Virus record (IMG/VR): IMGVR_UViG_3300000115_000010
Coordinates: 1-64,000 of that record
Length of the DNA: 64,000 bases
Reading direction: 5' to 3' (one strand)
From: an uncultured virus (IMG/VR IMGVR_UViG_3300000115_000010)
Lineage: Duplodnaviria; Heunggongvirae; Uroviricota; Caudoviricetes
Positions 45,482 to 54,904 of the stretch are shown here, in pieces. How positions within the stretch are numbered: position 1 is the stretch's first letter; the number at the start of each line of letters is the position of its first letter. The translations under genes and the position numbers were made by a program. Under the pieces are notes generated by a model. It was not told the DNA's origin, ran no database searches, and saw nothing but the letters and a program-made list of their open reading frames with translations.

Positions 45482-46674
45482 TAGTAGTAGGAACACAATG
45501 GGGCGATGAGGGTAAAGGCAAAGTAGTTGATCTACTAGCAGAACACGCTGATATTATTGTACGTTTCCAAGGCGGACACAATGCAGGACACACATTAGTA
45601 ATAGAAGATAAAGTTTTTAAACTTAGTTTACTGCCCAGCGGTATAGTAAGACAAGACAAAGTTTCAGTTATTGGTAACGGTGTTGTATTGAATCCTTGGA
45701 AACTATTAGAAGAGATTGAACTAGTACAGTCACAAGGCGTAAATATTGATCCTAGTAGATTAATGATTGCAGAAAACACTCCGCTAATTTTACCCTATCA
45801 CCAAGCATTAGATCAGTCAAGAGAAGAAGTAACTGATAAAAAAATCGGTACTACTGGCAGAGGCATCGGGCCTGCATACGAAGATAAAGCAGGAAGACGT
45901 GCAATTAAAGTAGGAGATCTTAGAGATGATGAACTACTCAAACATAGACTAGCAATAGCCGCAGAGTATCACAACTTTGACCAACAACAGTTGTTTAATC
46001 AGCTAGCACATATCAAAGAACATGTATTACAATATGTAAATGATGTACCACTTTATCTAAATCAAAAGACTGACTTAGGATTTAATATATTATTCGAAGG
46101 CGCACAAGGAAGCATGCTAGATGTAGACTTTGGCACTTATCCTTATGTAACAAGTTCAAACACACTAGCAGGCATGGCTAGTATAGGATCAGGTGTACCA
46201 CATAATAAAATACCAAATGTAATTGGTATAACAAAAGCATACACAACTAGAGTAGGTGAAGGTCCTATGACTACTGAACTGTTTGATGAAGTTGGAGAGC
46301 ATCTAGCAAATGTTGGTAAGGAAAAAGGCACAGTAACAGGCAGAGACAGAAGATGCGGCTGGTTTGACGCACCACAGGTTCGTAAGACTTGTATGTTAAA
46401 TGGTGTTACTGGCATAGCATTAATGAAAATAGACGTACTCGATAAACTCGAGACTATTAAGATTTGTACTGACGTACACAACGGAATACCAGTGTATGAA
46501 GAGCTACCTGGTTGGTGTACTAGTACAATAGGTATAACTGATTATTCAGATTTACCAAGACTTGCTCAAGAGTATATTAACCGTATTGAGCAATTAACAC
46601 AAACCGAAGTAGTTTTGATATCAACTGGACCAGAAAGAGATCAAACTATTTTATTACAAGATTCTTTCTTTTAG
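45469..46674 (+). CDS. purA: Adenylosuccinate synthetase
   Basis: QWGDEGKGK, GGHNAGHT, GTTGRGIGPAY, FEGAQG, GTYPYVTSS and TGR.RRCGW. Confidence 0.93.
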   Translation: MGNLVVVGTQWGDEGKGKVVDLLAEHADIIVRFQGGHNAGHTLVIEDKVFKLSLLPSGIVRQDKVSVIGNGVVLNPWKLLEEIELVQSQGVNIDPSRLMIAENTPLILPYHQALDQSREEVTDKKIGTTGRGIGPAYEDKAGRRAIKVGDLRDDELLKHRLAIAAEYHNFDQQQLFNQLAHIKEHVLQYVNDVPLYLNQKTDLGFNILFEGAQGSMLDVDFGTYPYVTSSNTLAGMASIGSGVPHNKIPNVIGITKAYTTRVGEGPMTTELFDEVGEHLANVGKEKGTVTGRDRRCGWFDAPQVRKTCMLNGVTGIALMKIDVLDKLETIKICTDVHNGIPVYEELPGWCTSTIGITDYSDLPRLAQEYINRIEQLTQTEVVLISTGPERDQTILLQDSFF

Positions 46675-46708
46675 AGAAAGAAATAACACTAACAGGGAGA
46701 AATATATT

Positions 46709-47329
46709 ATGTTAGGATTTTTTAAAGATATTGACAGAAGCATGTTGCTAAAACTAGTAGCACTACATGTAATTGTTATCGTAGTAAGTAACGCACTAGT
46801 GAGTATTCCAGTAGAAATTTTTGGAATTAAACTTACCTGGGCTGCATTTACATTTCCGTTGGTTGTGCTAGCAACTGACTTAACAGTACGAATGTTAGGT
46901 AAAAACATTGCACGTTCAACAATTGCGGCAGCTTATCCGTTGGCAATTATTGGATCAATTTTAGTTGTAATGGCGGAGGGTGCGCCAAGTAGTGTAGCAA
47001 TGCGTATTGGTTTAGCCAGTGCAACAGCGTATGCAGTTGGCACAATGTTGGATGTATATGTATTTCAATACCTACGTGAAAACTTTTTGAAGCATTGGTG
47101 GATTGCGCCAGCGGTATCAACTGTGGCAGCAAACATTATTGACACATACACATTCTTTTGGGTTGCGTTCAACAACAGTGCAGACGAATATATGGCTGCA
47201 AACTGGGTAGAGATCGCAGGATCACAAGTTGTGATTAAGATTGCAGTAGGACTTATTATCTTCCTACCAGCATACGGTGTGCTATTACGTTACTTAAATG
47301 GTAAACTTTCAGAAGAAGACGCCGAATAA
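46709..47329 (+). CDS. yhhQ: VUT-family queuosine-precursor (preQ0/preQ1) transporter
   Basis: SN.LV, TW..F.FP...LATDLTVR..G...AR, R...AS..AY..G..LD..VF, WW.AP..ST. Confidence 0.88.
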   Translation: MLGFFKDIDRSMLLKLVALHVIVIVVSNALVSIPVEIFGIKLTWAAFTFPLVVLATDLTVRMLGKNIARSTIAAAYPLAIIGSILVVMAEGAPSSVAMRIGLASATAYAVGTMLDVYVFQYLRENFLKHWWIAPAVSTVAANIIDTYTFFWVAFNNSADEYMAANWVEIAGSQVVIKIAVGLIIFLPAYGVLLRYLNGKLSEEDAE

Positions 47330-47340
47330 TACAAAATTAA

Positions 47341-47370
47341 AAACGGTGGGGATCTCCCCCACCGTTTAAT
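47341..47370 (+). terminator. Intrinsic terminator, possibly bidirectional
   Basis: AAACGGTGGGG-ATCTC-CCCCACCGTTT. Confidence 0.75.
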
Positions 47371-47384
47371 ATAAGGATAATATA

Positions 47385-48104
47385 ATGAAAATTAAATATG
47401 AAGACCATGATATACTTTATCCATTTGGTGAATATATTTATAGATCAAAAGTAGACGCTGATGGTCTTAAATTTATGCAAGACTTAGCTGAATCCTCAAG
47501 GGGAGGCGACGATGCTAGTAAATCTTTAGTTGGAAATATAAAAGAACAACGACATGGCATGATTAAAAATCAACAAGATGTAAATAACTTTGATAAAATT
47601 TTTCGTCCACATTTAAAAAACTATATGGATCAAATTAACAGAACGGCTAATTTTGTATTAGAAGAACCTGCTGAACGTCATAGTCATGAACAAGAAAATA
47701 CATCATTTTGGAGAATTGTCCAAGGTGATTATGAAAAACTTAGTTATTCATTAAACCAAGGACCTTGGTTTAATTATATGAAAAAATATGAATTTAATCC
47801 ATTACACAATCATCATGGAGAAATAAGTGCAATATGTATGGTAAGGGTACCTGAGGAAATTCAAAAAGAAGCAGAGAATGATGAAGATCCAAATTGGAGA
47901 GCTGGTGGAAAATTAGAGTTTGTTAGTGCAAACGGCCAATCATCACCACATAGGGTTGTTTCAAGAGAGGCTGATGTATATCTGTTTCCATCTATGCTGA
48001 GACATCAAGTTTATCCTTATAAAAGTGATGTTGAACGAATTACATGTAGTTGGAATTATTATAATATTAACTACCCATCCCTACAGGAATCATCAAATGA
48101 GTAA
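47385..48104 (+). CDS. 2OG-Fe(II) oxygenase
   Basis: W.N.....EFNPLHNH, LFPS.L.HQVYP and RIT.S.N. Confidence 0.8.
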   Translation: MKIKYEDHDILYPFGEYIYRSKVDADGLKFMQDLAESSRGGDDASKSLVGNIKEQRHGMIKNQQDVNNFDKIFRPHLKNYMDQINRTANFVLEEPAERHSHEQENTSFWRIVQGDYEKLSYSLNQGPWFNYMKKYEFNPLHNHHGEISAICMVRVPEEIQKEAENDEDPNWRAGGKLEFVSANGQSSPHRVVSREADVYLFPSMLRHQVYPYKSDVERITCSWNYYNINYPSLQESSNE

Positions 48105-48285
48105 TGAAATACAAGCTAGAATGTTAGAGCTATGTGAGCCAATTGAACGACAAATTATGATGTGCGATAACAGAGAAGATATCTTAATGATGGCATGCGT
48201 TATGCTAGATAAGGTTAAAGTTATGCTTGACAGTCAAATTGGTGTTAAAGGAAGACGTGAAATTATAGATGGTGCAAATAAGTAA
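48097..48285 (+). CDS. Small hypothetical protein
   Basis: ATG 48097 after AGGA; helical. Confidence 0.55.
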   Translation: MSNEIQARMLELCEPIERQIMMCDNREDILMMACVMLDKVKVMLDSQIGVKGRREIIDGANK

Positions 48286-48978
48286 ATGTATTTTATCAGT
48301 GCGCCATTTGGCAATTATTTACAGTACACAAACTTTCTAAGTGGCAAACCAATAGTCAGTGTTACTGGAACATTTACGGTGAAGCCACGTCCTGGACTAG
48401 CAAAACAAATTATAAAAACACTTAGGTATACTAGAACAGGCTGGCGCAACAAACTAGGTTTGCGTAACCCAGGAATATTTAAGGGGTTGGACAACACTGC
48501 ACCACACAATGTAATGAGTATTGCTAGTTTGGAACCAAATGATTGGCGTATACTATATGAAATAGTGCCCAAGCATCAGAATGTAGAACTTAACATAAGT
48601 TGCCCAAATGTAGATGAACATCCAGACTTAACTAAAGCATTTGCAAAAGATCAACGCTTCTGGTGCATTGTAAAAGTACCACCAACTATAACAAACAAAC
48701 AGATTGACAAAATAGTTAAACTAGGCTATAATCAAATACATGCAAGTAATACTGTTCCAACACAAAAAGGTGGACTTAGTGGTGATGTAATTGTACCACA
48801 CACTTTGAGAATACTAGAATACATAAAAAGTACACACCCTCATGTTACGGTTATTGCAGGTGGCGGAGTAAAAAATAAAGCTAGTGTTGATAGATATATT
48901 AACGCTGGTGCAGATCATATTAGTATAGGCAGTGTATGTTTTACTCCTTGGCGGATTAAAGGAATTATAAATGATTAA
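48286..48978 (+). CDS. Short dihydroorotate dehydrogenase-like flavoprotein
   Basis: N..GL.NPG, ELNISCPN, VK, SNT, GGLSG and IAGGGV. Confidence 0.8.
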   Translation: MYFISAPFGNYLQYTNFLSGKPIVSVTGTFTVKPRPGLAKQIIKTLRYTRTGWRNKLGLRNPGIFKGLDNTAPHNVMSIASLEPNDWRILYEIVPKHQNVELNISCPNVDEHPDLTKAFAKDQRFWCIVKVPPTITNKQIDKIVKLGYNQIHASNTVPTQKGGLSGDVIVPHTLRILEYIKSTHPHVTVIAGGGVKNKASVDRYINAGADHISIGSVCFTPWRIKGIIND

Positions 48979-49531
48979 GAAACATTATTATAGCTGGACT
49001 GACATTGAACGTATGTGTGTAAGCATTGTTAATCAAATGTATGCTGACAACTGGCGTCCTGATTACATTGTAGGACTTACACGCGGCGGCAATGTACCTG
49101 CTACTATTATTAGTAATATGACTGGCATACGTTGTGAAGCACTTAAAGTAAGTTTGCGTGACGATGAAGTAGGTCCCGAAAGTAATCTTTGGATGTCAGA
49201 AGATGCATTTGGTTATAACGATTCTGAAAAAACTGGAATCACTGGCGCACGTTGGGATATTAAACTTCGTAAGAATATTCTTATTGTAGATGATATCAAT
49301 GATACAGGTGCAACATTCAATTGGATTATAAAAGATTGGCAAGCAAGCTGTTTTCCTGGAGAAGATAATGGTTGGAATAGTGTATGGAACAATAATGTTC
49401 GATTTGCCACATTAACAGACAATTTGGCTAGTGAATTTACAGAGCATTGTGCTTACACATGTCACGAAATTAATAAAGCAGAACAAGATGTTTGGCTAGT
49501 TTATCCTTGGGAAAACGTAGGAGAATATTAA
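48971..49531 (+). CDS. Type I phosphoribosyltransferase (xanthine/guanine PRT-like)
   Basis: GLTRGG, ILIVDDINDTGAT and WLVYPWE. Confidence 0.88.
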   Translation: MIKKHYYSWTDIERMCVSIVNQMYADNWRPDYIVGLTRGGNVPATIISNMTGIRCEALKVSLRDDEVGPESNLWMSEDAFGYNDSEKTGITGARWDIKLRKNILIVDDINDTGATFNWIIKDWQASCFPGEDNGWNSVWNNNVRFATLTDNLASEFTEHCAYTCHEINKAEQDVWLVYPWENVGEY

Positions 49532-50332
49532 ATGAGCAAATTTTTATATAGAGTTGATGGCGGACGATATGGCGGAGAATTAGCAATTGGTAAAGTAACA
49601 GCAGAATTTGTACGCTATTGGCAAGACAAAGACCAAGATGATCTAGTATCACACATTGTTGGATTGGATTGGGACGATAGTGAAGATGTTGATACTAATA
49701 GTCCAGATCCATATGAAGATATGGATTACTGGAACAACTGGTACGAATGTGACGAGTATGAACATCAAAATGGTTACTATGCTGACGGTACATTTAGTGT
49801 CCATGATGTTTCAGGCAATGACCCAGAAAGTGAAGAAGCACAGGGATGGGACGAAGATGCAGTTGAGGTAGATCCACGATATTTAATCAGCAGAGAATGT
49901 TATGCAAATAAAGAAGAGCCTGAAGACTTGGAAGGTTATACTCCTGTATTGTGTTTTCATAGTGGTGAGAAAGGCGGCTTTGGCCAATGGTTTATTGAAA
50001 CAGACGAACCGTTTGATCCTAAAAAACTAGCATACACACAAGTAGAAACAGATTTATGTGAACTAGTAGATGGCATGTACTATGATAAACAACATCTGGA
50101 AACTGTCTATGATTACATGGACTCAACTGGCAAAGGCTACTATGCATATGTAGGCTGGCTTAAAGATGAATGGCACGACACACCAGATGGTATAACTGAA
50201 GAACACTGGGAAGATGTTTGGACAGATTATGATGCTGAAATGGAAGAACTTAAACAACAAGAACGTAAAGAATACGAACAAGCAAGAGCACAAAAGATTG
50301 CTGACAATCCTGGATGGGAACCTGGACAATGA
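49532..50332 (+). CDS. Acidic hypothetical protein
   Basis: 266-aa ORF with G..GGE and S.EKG.F segments. Confidence 0.7.
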   Translation: MSKFLYRVDGGRYGGELAIGKVTAEFVRYWQDKDQDDLVSHIVGLDWDDSEDVDTNSPDPYEDMDYWNNWYECDEYEHQNGYYADGTFSVHDVSGNDPESEEAQGWDEDAVEVDPRYLISRECYANKEEPEDLEGYTPVLCFHSGEKGGFGQWFIETDEPFDPKKLAYTQVETDLCELVDGMYYDKQHLETVYDYMDSTGKGYYAYVGWLKDEWHDTPDGITEEHWEDVWTDYDAEMEELKQQERKEYEQARAQKIADNPGWEPGQ

Positions 50333-50446
50333 TAACAGAAACAATTATAAACAACAGTGGTATTATCATAGGTAATTTACTGTTCTGGCCTATCTATATA
50401 TGGGTATGTACTATACCATATCGTATGTTACAAATGGGTATAGACA

Positions 50447-50632
50447 ATGCATAAACAAACAGGCACAAACAGTTGGACAATCGAAGTCCAAGAAAACGGA
50501 AAAACAAAAGAGCTATTCATTGAGTTTCCGCCGGATGCACTTAGTCAAGTTGGATGGGATGTAGGTGATACATTGATTTGGGAAGAATTAGATCATGGTG
50601 GCTGGAGTATAAAAAAATGCGAGTCAGAATAG
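50447..50632 (+). CDS. AbrB/MazE-like small DNA-binding protein
   Basis: LFIEFP.D.L.QVGW..GD.L.W pattern. Confidence 0.6.
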   Translation: MHKQTGTNSWTIEVQENGKTKELFIEFPPDALSQVGWDVGDTLIWEELDHGGWSIKKCESE

Positions 50633-50979
50633 GACCGTACAGAAAGAATCGTGCCACCAGAGTTGAAATAGAACCGCACGACACATGGAGTATGGATCAT
50701 ACACTTGCTATGATTATTCATCCTATGCTAGTACAACTAAAAGCAACAGCACATGGGTATCCTAGCGGTCTTACTGAAGAACGTTGGAACGAAATACTAG
50801 ATGAAATGATCTGGGCATTTGGTCACAAGTCAAAAGAAATAGATGCTGGCGACATGTGTGCTGATAAATGTTCAAACTTTGGTGATCCAGTATGCAAGGC
50901 TTGCATCAACGAAACACAAGAACGCCTTACAAATGCATTTATACTGTTTGGCAAATACTACGAAAACTTATGGGACTAA
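50617..50979 (+). CDS. Conserved phage hypothetical protein
   Basis: DTWSMDHTLA.II.P.L...W..ILDEMIWAF...LFGKYY.NLWD. Confidence 0.7.
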   Translation: MRVRIGPYRKNRATRVEIEPHDTWSMDHTLAMIIHPMLVQLKATAHGYPSGLTEERWNEILDEMIWAFGHKSKEIDAGDMCADKCSNFGDPVCKACINETQERLTNAFILFGKYYENLWD

Positions 50980-50989
50980 TAAAAGTAGT

Positions 50990-51018
50990 TTGACAGACTA
51001 ATAAAAAAGTAATATAAT
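50990..51018 (+). promoter_or_regulatory. Consensus sigma70 promoter upstream of queE
   Basis: TTGACA-17 bp-TATAAT. Confidence 0.8.
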
Positions 51019-51048
51019 ATTAGAAAATACAATCTTATAGGAAAATTT

Positions 51049-51945
51049 ATGAAGTTAAGATATAGCGAAGCATTCTACAGTGTACAAGGCGAAGGCAAGT
51101 TTGTAGGAGTACCTAGTGTATTCCTGCGTACATTTGGTTGTAACTTTCGTTGCATGAACTTTGGACTTGATAGAAGCGAGCCAATGCGTGACGTAAAACA
51201 AAAACAAGGTGTAATACATAACGAAGAAGTACAAGGTCTATTAGACAATAAAGTACATGAAACTACAGAAGTATTTACAGACTTGCCCATTATACACACA
51301 GGCTGTGATACATATGCAAGTATCTATCCAGAGTTTAAACACTTTAACAAGCAAGCTACAGTTGACGAAGTTGTAGAGCATTTAATTAGTTTACTGCCAG
51401 AAGGCAAGTGGACTTGTGATAACGGTCAAGACATACATTTGATAATGACCGGAGGTGAACCGTTGTTGGCGTGGCAACGACTGTACATAGAATTATTTGA
51501 ACATCCACGTATGCAGGATCTAAAAAATGTTACATTTGAAACAAATACTACACAATTTCTCAAAGACGATCTCTTTGACTATCTCAACAACAACGACAGA
51601 ATTACTGTCACATGGTCATGTTCCCCGAAACTTAGTGTTAGTGGAGAACCTTGGGATACTGCTATTAAACCTAAAGTTGCTCATGAGTATAGTCTTGTGG
51701 ACGGCAGTGACTTGTATCTCAAGTTTGTTGTCGCTGATCGTATGGACATTGAAGAAGCTGAGCGAGCTGTTGAAGAATATCGTGCTGAAGGTTTGGAATG
51801 CCCTGTGTACCTTATGCCATTGGGTGGTAGGTCTGAAGAGTACAATCTTAACGTCCAAGAAGTTGCAAACATCTGCATGGAAAAAGGGTGGCGTTTTACC
51901 CCAAGACTTCACATTTCACTCTTCGGAAATGCGTGGGGCACTTAA
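51049..51945 (+). CDS. queE: 7-carboxy-7-deazaguanine synthase (radical SAM)
   Basis: E.FYSVQGEG, FLR..GCN..C (long insert) CDT, TGGEPL, ETN, SPKL and RLH. Confidence 0.9.
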   Translation: MKLRYSEAFYSVQGEGKFVGVPSVFLRTFGCNFRCMNFGLDRSEPMRDVKQKQGVIHNEEVQGLLDNKVHETTEVFTDLPIIHTGCDTYASIYPEFKHFNKQATVDEVVEHLISLLPEGKWTCDNGQDIHLIMTGGEPLLAWQRLYIELFEHPRMQDLKNVTFETNTTQFLKDDLFDYLNNNDRITVTWSCSPKLSVSGEPWDTAIKPKVAHEYSLVDGSDLYLKFVVADRMDIEEAERAVEEYRAEGLECPVYLMPLGGRSEEYNLNVQEVANICMEKGWRFTPRLHISLFGNAWGT

Positions 51946-52023
51946 TAAAAAATATAAAAATAAGCAACACGAACGAGCTATGAAGGCACCCATTAATGAA
52001 GATAAAATTAGAAAGGCTGGATT

Positions 52024-52371
52024 ATGAATTTACATAGTATTACTAAAAAATATCTTTCTTCTTGGAATACAAGAGATAAATCTACGCTCCAAAGTATATT
52101 TGCAGAAGATATTACACTACAAGATTGGAATGTTAAAGTACATGGCAGAGAAAACGTAATTAATGCTAATGCTGATATTTGGGAAAATGTACCAGATATA
52201 CATGTATTGTTAATGCATATTGGTGTTTGTGAAAAACTAAAAAAATCATATGCAGAAATTACTGTTGTAAGTCAAAAAGAAAATTTACACATAAAGGTAA
52301 TTGATGTTATTTCTTTTGACAAAAACAATAAAATTATCAAGGTAGATGCATTCCACCAGGAGTCAACATAA
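52024..52371 (+). CDS. SnoaL/NTF2-like protein
   Basis: Y...WN..D...L...FAEDI.L.DW...G; VIDVI.FD...KI. Confidence 0.75.
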   Translation: MNLHSITKKYLSSWNTRDKSTLQSIFAEDITLQDWNVKVHGRENVINANADIWENVPDIHVLLMHIGVCEKLKKSYAEITVVSQKENLHIKVIDVISFDKNNKIIKVDAFHQEST

Positions 52372-53463
52372 ATGAACAACTATATCTTTACAAGCGAAAG
52401 CGTTAGTGATGGACACCCAGATAAAATAGCAGATCAAATCAGTGATGCACTAGTAGATGCCGGACTAACCAATGGCGACGAAACAACTCGTGTAGCTATT
52501 GAAACACTTGTAACCACTAATCATGTAACGTTAGCGGGCGAAGTAAAAAACTTTAACGTAAGCAAAGACAAGGTAAAACAAATCGTTCGTGACAAAGTTC
52601 GTGAGATTGGGTATGAACAAGAAGGATTTCATTGGGATAACTTGCGTATCTATAATGAGATTCACTCACAAAGTGGAGACATTGGCTTAGGCACAGATGA
52701 CTTTGGTGCAGGTGATCAAGGACTTATGTTTGGATATGCATGTAATCATACAGACAGTATGATGCCAGCACCTATCCATTACAGTCACGAGATTCTAAAG
52801 AACTTGAAAAGCAAACGTGGTGCTATACTAGGTCCAGATGCCAAGAGTCAAGTAAGCGTAGAGTACTATGGTGCCAGACGTGATGGTGTAATCAAGCGTG
52901 TGGACCAAGTTGTGATAAGTACACAACATACACAAGGCAATGTGGAAGAAGCAAGGCATTTGTGTAAACTTTCAGCAATGGAAGAACTTGGAGATTTAGT
53001 AGATGACAACACTATATGGCATCTTAATCCTACAGGTAATTTTGTTATTGGTGGTCCTGACGGTGATGCTGGTGTCACAGGAAGAAAGATTATCGTGGAC
53101 ACTTATGGCGGTTTCGCTCCTCATGGTGGCGGTGCTTTTAGTGGTAAGGATCCTACTAAAGTCGACCGCTCTGCAGCCTATGTGGCTCGTTGGCTTGCTA
53201 AAAATGTTGTAGCAGATAATATGGCGGACTGGTGTAATATCCAATTAAGTTATGCTATTGGTGTTAAAAAACCCACCAGCATTTATGTTGATAGTAACGG
53301 ACACAATGCTAGTATTGCCAAGTTTATCGAACGTGAAATTGATCTAACACCCAAAGGAATTATTGATAGATTTGATTTGTTTAACTTTACTAAGTACAGT
53401 GAAAATTGTGTATATGGACACTTTGGAAATAAAGATGTACCTTGGGAGAAAATTGGGTGGTAA
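52372..53463 (+). CDS. metK: S-adenosylmethionine synthetase
   Basis: FTSESV..GHPDK, GAGDQG, PDAKSQV, GGGAFSGKDPTKVDRS. Confidence 0.97.
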   Translation: MNNYIFTSESVSDGHPDKIADQISDALVDAGLTNGDETTRVAIETLVTTNHVTLAGEVKNFNVSKDKVKQIVRDKVREIGYEQEGFHWDNLRIYNEIHSQSGDIGLGTDDFGAGDQGLMFGYACNHTDSMMPAPIHYSHEILKNLKSKRGAILGPDAKSQVSVEYYGARRDGVIKRVDQVVISTQHTQGNVEEARHLCKLSAMEELGDLVDDNTIWHLNPTGNFVIGGPDGDAGVTGRKIIVDTYGGFAPHGGGAFSGKDPTKVDRSAAYVARWLAKNVVADNMADWCNIQLSYAIGVKKPTSIYVDSNGHNASIAKFIEREIDLTPKGIIDRFDLFNFTKYSENCVYGHFGNKDVPWEKIGW

Positions 53464-53768
53464 AGAAAATAATAACTGAAGAAATAGTCAGAGAAGCATT
53501 ACTAAACGTATATGATCCAGAAGTTAGTCTTAGTGTACAAGAGCTAGGATTAATTTATGAAGTAAAAATTAACGGACAAGAAGTTTACATTAAGCATACA
53601 TTGACAAGTATGATGTGTCCGTTTGCAGATGAAATTTGTCAAGGTATTGAAGAAGCAGTTGGTGAAATTTCAGGTGTTGAATCAGTTAAAAGAGAACTAG
53701 TATTTGAACCACCATTTAGTATAGAAATGGTACCAGAAGATACACGAATGATGATGGGATGGTATTAA
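53457..53768 (+). CDS. DUF59/SufT Fe-S cluster assembly protein
   Basis: VYDPE...ELGLIY, TLTS..CP and LVFEPP. Confidence 0.85.
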   Translation: MVKKIITEEIVREALLNVYDPEVSLSVQELGLIYEVKINGQEVYIKHTLTSMMCPFADEICQGIEEAVGEISGVESVKRELVFEPPFSIEMVPEDTRMMMGWY

Positions 53769-54169
53769 TGCCGTATTATACAACTGCAAACTTATTTGAA
53801 GTAGGTGACTTTATTAGTCACGCAGGAAACAAACTAGCATGGAAAATTGAGTGCGATGCTATACGCCCAGAGTGGTGGGACGGACTAGCACGTATGATCA
53901 TGGACTATCAAACAGAGCCTTTTAGTAAAGTAGTTGGTATTCCACGTGGCGGGTTGCCACTACAGTATGCAATGGAAAAATATGTAACACCTGGTGATCA
54001 TCCTTGGATGGTTGTAGATGATGTGTACACTACAGGCACAAGTTTTAGGGAGTTTTGCACAAGTAATCAAACAATGTTTGCATACAAGTGGTGTATTTTT
54101 GCACGTAAACCTATCGAAGGCGATGAGCCACATGACGTGAGAGCGTTGTTTACTATGCCCACTAAATAG
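53768..54169 (+). CDS. Short orotate-PRT-like phosphoribosyltransferase
   Basis: F.SH.G....WKIECD, GIPRGG and VVDDVYTTGTS. Confidence 0.78.
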   Translation: MPYYTTANLFEVGDFISHAGNKLAWKIECDAIRPEWWDGLARMIMDYQTEPFSKVVGIPRGGLPLQYAMEKYVTPGDHPWMVVDDVYTTGTSFREFCTSNQTMFAYKWCIFARKPIEGDEPHDVRALFTMPTK

Positions 54170-54186
54170 ATTTAGAGAAAGTAAAT

Positions 54187-54456
54187 ATGTTAGACAAACT
54201 CAAGAATATTTTTAATAAAAGTAAAGAAGTAGAAACTAAAGAAAATGCCAAAGGTCCGTGGGTCAAGGTAGTAGAGGTACACTTCGATAAAGACAACCCC
54301 ACACAAGGTTATTTTGAATTAGACTGGAACGAAGATTTCGTTGGTCTACTAGGTGAGGCTGGCTATGCTGGTGAGACACCTGAACAAATTGTTGACCTAT
54401 GGTTTAATGATTTATGTCGTAGTGTAGCAGCAGATGCTGCTGGAGAAGATTTATGA
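54187..54456 (+). CDS. Conserved phage hypothetical protein
   Basis: PWV.V...G.FELDWN..F...L...GY.G...IVD.WF..LC. Confidence 0.7.
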   Translation: MLDKLKNIFNKSKEVETKENAKGPWVKVVEVHFDKDNPTQGYFELDWNEDFVGLLGEAGYAGETPEQIVDLWFNDLCRSVAADAAGEDL

Positions 54457-54677
54457 ATGAACAACCTAAATTAATACTACTTACTGATATAATCGAACAA
54501 AAAGTTCGCAAAGAGAAAGAACTAAAATTTTACGAAAAAGAATTAGAAAAGCTACAAAGTAAAATGTATTGGCTTAGGCGTGAGATCGGATTGAATGAAA
54601 CTATCATTGATATCATTAAAAACGATGCTGTATTAGATATTAAGGACAATATGGAAAAACGTATGATCGAAGAATGA
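54453..54677 (+). CDS. Small coiled-coil protein
   Basis: ORF track, coupled. Confidence 0.6.
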   Translation: MNEQPKLILLTDIIEQKVRKEKELKFYEKELEKLQSKMYWLRREIGLNETIIDIIKNDAVLDIKDNMEKRMIEE

Positions 54678-54871
54678 AAAACGCAGAATCGCAACGTATT
54701 CAAGATAGCGAAGAACGTAGACAAGCTATGAAAAAAGAACGCCGGCAGCAAGAAGGCGAAATTATTCATCAAATTAAACAACCTAAAAAAATGTACAAAG
54801 GTCGTAGTTTTAGTGGAATTGAAACTTCTTCAGGTACAGTTAATCGTGGGAAGGATTGGTACTCAAAATGA
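54674..54871 (+). CDS. Small hypothetical protein
   Basis: ORF track, coupled. Confidence 0.5.
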   Translation: MKNAESQRIQDSEERRQAMKKERRQQEGEIIHQIKQPKKMYKGRSFSGIETSSGTVNRGKDWYSK

Positions 54872-54904
54872 GTATTATATGGGATAGACTAATCGAGTGC
54901 AAAG

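Noticed and set aside
45469..46674. PurZ (2-aminoadenine, Z-genome) instead of PurA
   Set aside because: Retains the PurA catalytic Asp in GDEGKG (PurZ has Ser) and the TGR.RR loop; no dATPase/MazZ-like partner is seen in the window.
41180..54169. Cellular chromosome or prophage boundary
   Set aside because: Metabolic genes are interleaved with phage-type hypotheticals on the same strand with similar composition; no integrase, att site or housekeeping operon is seen.
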